From NCBI GenBank assembly GCA_964016885.1, contig OZ024743.1, positions 83,576,001 through 83,640,000 on the forward strand: DNA of 64,000 nucleotides, given 5' to 3'. Shown piece by piece: positions 57,156 to 64,000 of this stretch. The notes below the pieces were generated by a model that was given only the letters and a program-made list of their open reading frames with translations, was not told where the DNA came from and searched no databases. Position numbers and translations under genes: made by a program. Every line of letters starts with the position of its first letter. Within the stretch, counting starts at the first letter, position 1. The DNA comes from Eledone cirrhosa. Lineage: Eukaryota.

Positions 57156-57324
57156 CATTCAACTCTAGTTTCTACTAGACATAACATTTGTTCCCTGTCC
57201 TATATAACAATATCAAGTATGTTGTGTTTATAGAGGGTTACTGGTTTTAGTTGCTGTGTTCCATCAATATTCCTTATTTTTAAAGGGGTTGGTACATTCT
57301 TGTTCTGGTGTATTGTTACTATAA

Positions 57325-57425
57325 CAATTAAAGAGATCGGCAATTTAGACATTAATACTAGGAAGACATTACTCATTCCTGGTAATTTCCATGTTAACAA
57401 TGACAGAATGAATGTATATGTGGAA
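57325..57425 (+). pseudogene. Possible R4/Dong-like LINE remnant
   Basis: EIGNLDINTRKTLLIPGNFHVNNDRMNVY resembles the LDRKTRKLLT..H..SD..RLY motif. Confidence 0.35.
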
Positions 57426-57944
57426 TTATATGCAAGAATGCATGTCATTGCATGTGTAGATTTATACATTTTGACATTTATTGGTACATATACATGCTTA
57501 TTATGCTAAACGTCTGGAATGTTTTACATATTTTCACGATTTCATTAATGGCTTGTAACTGTGATTTTTTTCTAATTAGCCACGTCTTTTCTGGTTTTTA
57601 GAAGATGAGCTTCCCTAGATTGGCATTGAAGCAGTTAACTTCATAACCAAGACCAGGTGTAGTAACTTCATATCTCTCATAACATCGGTTTGCTATTTCG
57701 CTTATTTATCTTATGTTAACATCTGCTAGACAACTGATTTCCATTACCGAGCATAAGTTCTTTCCTCTCGTCTATAATGCATACATTTTATTGAGGTTTT
57801 GATGAGGACATTCATCCAATATTCTTTTATATTAGGAGTGAATACACCCTCCACATCATTGTGACTTATTATTTTTACATATTGCCTTTTATAATGTTTT
57901 CGCCACGCCACGATGCCTCATAGGTAAATAAGGCTTTGACAATG

Positions 57945-59200
57945 ATATCATACCTCATAGATAGATGTTTTTACCACACTACCATGCCTCGTAGATAGAT
58001 AATGTTTTGACCACGCCACTATGCCTTGTAGATAGATAATGCCATCATACATTATAGGTAGATAATGGTTTGACCACAACATCATACCTTATAGATAGAT
58101 AATGGTTTTACCACAACATCATACCTTATAGATAGATAATGGTTTGACCACAACATCATACCTTATAGTTAGATAATGTTTTGACTACAGCATCATAACT
58201 AATAGGAAACTAATGTTTTGACCACAACATCATACATTATAGGAAACTAATGTTTTGACCATAGCATCATACTTAATAGGAAACTAATGTTTTGACCATA
58301 GCATCATACTTAATAGGAAACTAATGTTTTGACCAGAACATCATACATTATAGGAAACTAATGTTTTGACCATAGCATCATACTTAATAGGAAACTAATG
58401 TTTTGACCACAACATCATACCTTATAGGAAATTAATGTTTTGACCACAGCATCATACCTAATAGGAAACTAATGTTTTGACCACAACATCATACATTATA
58501 GGAAACTAATGTTTTGACCACAGCATCATACTTAATAGGAAACTAATGTTTTGACCACAACATCATACCTTATAGGAAATTAATGTTTTGACCACAACAT
58601 CATACATTATAGGAAACTAATGTTTTGACCACAGCATCATACTTAATAGGAAACTAATGTTTTGACCACAACATCATACATTATAGGAAACTAATGTTTT
58701 GACCACAACATCATACTTAATAGGAAACTAATGTTTTGACCACAACATCATACCTTATAGGAAATTAATGTTTTGACCACAACATCATACCTAATAGGAA
58801 ACTAATGTTTTGACCACAACATCATACATTATAGGAAACTAATGTTTTGACCACAACATCATACATTATAGGAAACTAATGTTTTGACCACAGCATCATA
58901 CCTATTAGGAAACTAATGTTTTGACCACAGCATCATACCTAATAGGAAACTAATGTTTTGACTACAACATTATACTTTATAGGAAATTAATGTTTTGACT
59001 ACAACATCATACCTTATAGGAAATTAATGTTTTGACTACAACATCATACCTTATAGGAAATTAAAGTTTTGACCACAACATCATACCTTATAGGAAATTA
59101 ATGTTTTGACTACAACATGATATCTTATAGGAAATTAATGTTTTGACCACAACATCATACCTAATAGGAAATTAATGTTTTGACCCTGATATTATGCCTC
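57945..59200. repeat. 37-bp minisatellite ATAGGAAACTAATGTTTTGACCACAACATCATACATT
   Basis: About 33 tandem copies, more degenerate at the left edge. Confidence 0.96.
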
Positions 59201-59409
59201 ATAGCCACATCCCACCCTGCTGAAAATCATTTTGTCTCACACCACCTATTTTTTAAAGAATGAATCCTGAGAGGGAGACATTTATTGATTATCGCCTCAT
59301 ATTTAAACTGTTGATTGGTTTTGATTAAATTTTTTCTAAATAATTTCTTTCTGGCACTCTCTTCTGATAATATATGGATGTATGTATACGTATGCACCCA
59401 CACACATAT

Positions 59410-59919
<510 letters not shown>

Positions 59920-60659
59920 ATAATAATAATAATTGTTTCTACTTTAGGCACAAGGCCAGCAATTACCTAGTACATTACTGGTACTTTATTGTATCGACCC
60001 TGTAAGGATTAGAGGCAAAGTTAATAATAAATTTGAAGACTAAAATCCAAAGAGGGCTCGATAAGGATAAATATATATCAAATATATAAGAACCGTCGAC
60101 CAAACATTTATTAAAATAACAGATTAAAGTTTAAGCAAAGAATCGCTGCTTTCACCCTTAACGGGATCTTCTGAAACTAAAAAAGTCAATCTGTGAACGC
60201 AGAAGTGAATATTTCAAAAAACGTTGCAACCGAAGGAAGACAGGAAGACGATACTTTGGTTCGTGGAAACGTTCCCTGGCAAAGAACGGAAAAAACGAAT
60301 ATAATACGTCATAATTTTGAGCGGTGAAAACAATTACACGCAAAGAAAAATCCACGTAAATGGTATAACTGAAGTCGTAGACTAAAATTCTATCTAGGAA
60401 ACCGAATGATTCTCAGCTTCAGAGTTAAGAATAAAGTAAATAAAATACAGAGGTAATCGAAATTAAATATACATACACGCATCCATATACGTACATACAC
60501 AAGCATACGCGAAAACACTCACGTCAACCAAAACACAAAGTACACAAATACACACACCCTACATACGTACGAACCCGCATACTCACACAGACGCAAAACT
60601 CACGTATACACATAAGTGCCTTTTATTTCGACAATCAGGAAAAAACAGACAACAAACAG

Positions 60660-62586
60660 GATAAATTTGGGTTTAAAACCTATAATAACCCTCCGAGTAA
60701 CCCAGCATTGCTACCCTTCGAAAATGATGTCTTGGAACTCATACGGAGTATCAAATTTCGGAATAGGAGCAATTCCTTCCAGCAGAACCTGAAGAATAGA
60801 ATTCGTTTTATTAAGCATTCTAATGCCGTGCACGTCCATTCCGACAAAACTGGCAATCTATATCAAGTGAAGCGCAGTACCTACCATCAACTGCTACATA
60901 ATGCTGTAACTAAGGATTATCGTAAAACTAATCGGAGCGTCATTAATGAAATCAACGATGCTGGGTTTAAAATCACCTCTGATCTCAACATCCTGGACAG
61001 GACTGAACCGCTGGGCCCTATTTCTCCCCACTTTACCCTGAAGGATCACAAATCCAATTTCTCGAACAACCCCTCTATTCGTCCTATTTATCCCACGAAG
61101 TCCGATTTAGGTAGACTTAGTAAAAGGGTTTTAGATAGAATTATACCTGAAATTAGAAGTTTGGCCCCTCTTGAACTGTGGAACAATTCTTTCGCGGTGA
61201 TTGATTGGTTCAACGGTATATGCAACAAGGAACATTGTCGTTTTTTCCAATTCGACATCAATAATTACTACTCCTCCATCACTTTACCACTTCTCCTTAG
61301 AGCTATCAATTTCGCTAAAACACTCACAGTGGTTAAGGATTTCGAAGTTGATGTCATCCTCAATGCCCGTAAGTCGGTGATTAATTTCGACGACTCTATT
61401 TGGATTAAAAAATCTAATAGTACCCCATTCGACGTTACTGATCTTATCGGCCCTTTCCTTCTTTTCTCTATCAAGGAAGAATTCCCCAACGTGGTTTGTA
61501 CCGTGATGATGGTCTTTTGACCATGACAAAGTGTGGCCCACGTGCTTGCGACAGGTTCAGAAAAGAACTCACAACCTTCTTTAAAGGCTTCAACCTCTCC
61601 ATACAGGTTGAGGCTAATCTCTCGGTCGTTAATTACCTCGACGTTACCCTCAATGTGTCGAATGGCTTACACTACCCGTATAGAAAGCCGAATGATACGC
61701 TTAATTACATAAGTAAGCATTCCAACCATACTGCCAGTATAACTAAGAACCTAGTAAGAAACGTTTCTTTGAGGCTTTCCCGTCTATCTACAAACGAACA
61801 TATTTTCAACGACCATTCCACATATTACAATGAAGCTCTTGCTCGGAGTGGATTTGTCAATAAGGTAGCCTATACAGAGTACGAGAATGGACCTAGGAAA
61901 AATAGATCCCGACGCATTATATGGTATAACCCACCATATAATATGGAGGTGGCCACACCATTAATCTTTCTCTCCCTTATTACGAAGCATTTCCCCCCAG
62001 CACATAAATATAATAACATTTTTAATAGAAATACTATTAAAATGTCTTACTCTACAACTCCTAACCTTGCACATAACATCACAACTTCAAATTTAGCTAA
62101 ATTACCTAGCCGTAGGAACACGTGTAACCCTGTAGCTAGTACTAACTGTAATTGTAGGAACCGGATTGACTGCCCCCTATCCGGGAAATGCCTCTCTAGT
62201 AACATTGTCTACAAATGTAAGGTTGAAACACCCACGTCCCGTAGGGCCTACATAGGTTAACCGCCAATGGATTCAAGCAACGTCTTTACATGCATACCCA
62301 TTCTTTTCTTAACCCTTTAAGTAGGAATATGACGTCACTTTCAGCTTATATCTGGAGTCTAAGAGACAACCACACCCAATATAAGTTATACTGGGAGATC
62401 CTAGCTAACGCTAGATCGTATAACGGAAATAAAAGACCATGTGACCTCTGCGCCGCTGAGGCCCTGGAAATACTCTGCGCCAAAGACCACATCTTAAACA
62501 AAAAATCTGAGCCAATTTCGGCTTTTAAACATAAATTGCACAACACTTTCCTGTATTACAGCCCCACATTATACCCTAACGGATAG
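60660..62586 (+). pseudogene. PLE4 RT-GIY-YIG ORF, disrupted
   Basis: SDKTGNLY, LKDHK, FDINNYY, YRDDGL, NYLDVTL, WYNPPYN, CNC..CPLSGKCL, YIG, CDLCAAE. The MGS motif is deleted; frameshifts near 61490 and 62270. Confidence 0.92.
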
Positions 62587-63374
62587 TACGAACTATACGC
62601 GGGTATTTTACGTCTTGATGTGGTAGCTAAGTAAATGTTATGTTTATACCATTACTTATTTGTATAGGTAAGTATATTTTACCTGTATGTTTTGTGAAGG
62701 TACGTATACTTTCTCGTACTTATATTTGCTTGTATATGTTATGGCGTATATAATATATTATATATTCTGGTACATGTGCATTTGGGTATGTGTATACGTG
62801 AATTTTGCGTCTGTGTGAGTATGCGGGTTCGTACGTATGTAGGGTGTGTATATTTGTGTACTTTGTGTTTTGGTTGACGTGAGTGTTTTCGCGTATGCTT
62901 GTGTATGTACGTATATGGATGCGTGTATGTATATATTTAATTTCGATTACCTCTGTATTTTATTTACTTTATTCTTAACTCTGAAGCCGAGAATCATTCG
63001 GTTCCCTAGATAGAATTTTAGTCTACGACTTCAGTTATACCATTTACGTGGTTTTGTCTTTGCGTCTAATTGTTCTCACCTCTCCACATAATGACGTATT
63101 ATCTTCGTTTTTTCCGTTCATTGCCAGAGAATGTCTCCATGAACCACCTAATAGAATATTAGTCTACGACTTCATTTATACCATAAACGTGGTTTTGTCT
63201 TTGCGCGTAATTGTTTTCACCGCTCTTAATTATAACGTATTACCTTCGTTTTTTCCGTTTTTTTCGTTCTTTGCCAGGGAACGTTTCCACGAACCAAAGT
63301 ATCGTCTTCCTGTCTTCCTTCGGTTGCAACGTCTTTTGAAATATTCACTTCTGCGTTCACAGATTGACTTTTTT

Positions 63375-63425
63375 AGTTTCAGAAGATCTCGTTACGGGTG
63401 AAAGCAGCGATTCTTTGCTTAAACT
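63375..63425 (+). ncRNA. HHR-like motif with A4 core (CAGAAGA) in the PLE4 pLTR; copies at 60128-60178, 39247-39297, 35232-35282 (-) and 40147-40197 (+)
   Basis: agttt-CAGAAGA-t-(ccc/ggg or ctcgt/acggg)-t-GAAA-gca..tgc-TT-aaact. Confidence 0.65.
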
Positions 63426-63449
63426 TTAATCTGTTATTTTAATAAATAA

Positions 63450-63529
<80 letters not shown>

Positions 63530-63540
63530 ATGTGTATATA

Positions 63541-63883
63541 TATAAAAGGTAAACAGAAATAACAACACAATCAGTACAGTATATGGAAGGGATATATTAG
63601 GTTAGCGCTTGATATAGCAGGAAGAGGGTCTTAACGTTTCGGACGCTAGTCTTTCATCAGAAGAAAGAATGAGAAATAAAATAGATTGAGGGGACGGGTG
63701 GGTTGGAATAGGAAAAAAATATTTTTAGATAAAAATAACAGGTCCATTCATGTTGACATCTCTTGCAAAACTGTTGGTGCTGGCGTTTTGTGCATGATTT
63801 ACTTTTAGAAAAGTGGATGATGGAAAAAAATGGAAAAAAAAAACGTTTTGTAAAAAGACCTATACTTGTGCACGTGCGTAAGC

Positions 63884-63890
<7 letters not shown>
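63541..63890 (-). mobile_element. Solo PLE5-family pLTR fragment with a minimal HHR at 63629-63664
   Basis: Matches 44415-44770; tctt-CTGATGA-aagactagcgtcc-GAAA-cg-TT-aaga. Confidence 0.88.
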
Positions 63891-63978
<88 letters not shown>

Positions 63979-64000
63979 TGTGTGTGTGTGTGTGTGTGTG

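Larger units (their letters stand above)
60024..63445 (+). mobile_element. PLE4: Naiad-type PLE with ~500-bp inverted pLTR arms
   Basis: 60107-60614 is inverted at 62787-63445; the pLTR contains 141-bp subrepeats. Confidence 0.93.

Noticed and set aside
57945-59200. CRISPR-like periodicity (37 bp here; 26 and 34 bp at 1-2698)
   Set aside because: Contiguous units with no unique spacers, no cas genes, eukaryotic context.

Overview
Repeat-dense animal genomic DNA with no recognisable host exon, rRNA, tRNA or CRISPR array. It is probably octopus or another cephalopod, inferred from the SINE-like repeats and the huge (TA)n/(CA)n load. A 200-N gap lies at 24935-25134. The window is dominated by Penelope-like retroelements (PLEs: RT plus C-terminal GIY-YIG). 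Four are Naiad-type (12850-15705, 29458-32337, 35212-37063, 60024-63445) and one is Neptune-type (44415-46615). Most sit in (TA)n tracts and carry inverted pseudo-LTRs. Reading both strands by eye shows more than a dozen type I hammerhead-ribozyme (HHR) motifs in these pLTRs and in non-coding derivatives. Many have palindromic stem III, enlarged stem II, an unpaired base of stem II and family-specific core variants (U3-A8, A4, C4). One ~470-bp HHR-bearing unit forms a head-to-tail, retrozyme-like array. Also present are a 615-bp near-perfect tandem array, a chimeric PLE, remnants of RTE, CRE, mariner/maT, hAT and Helitron elements, many SINEs and several minisatellites. Most ORFs in the supplied track are microsatellite artefacts. 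All alignments and folds were done by eye.
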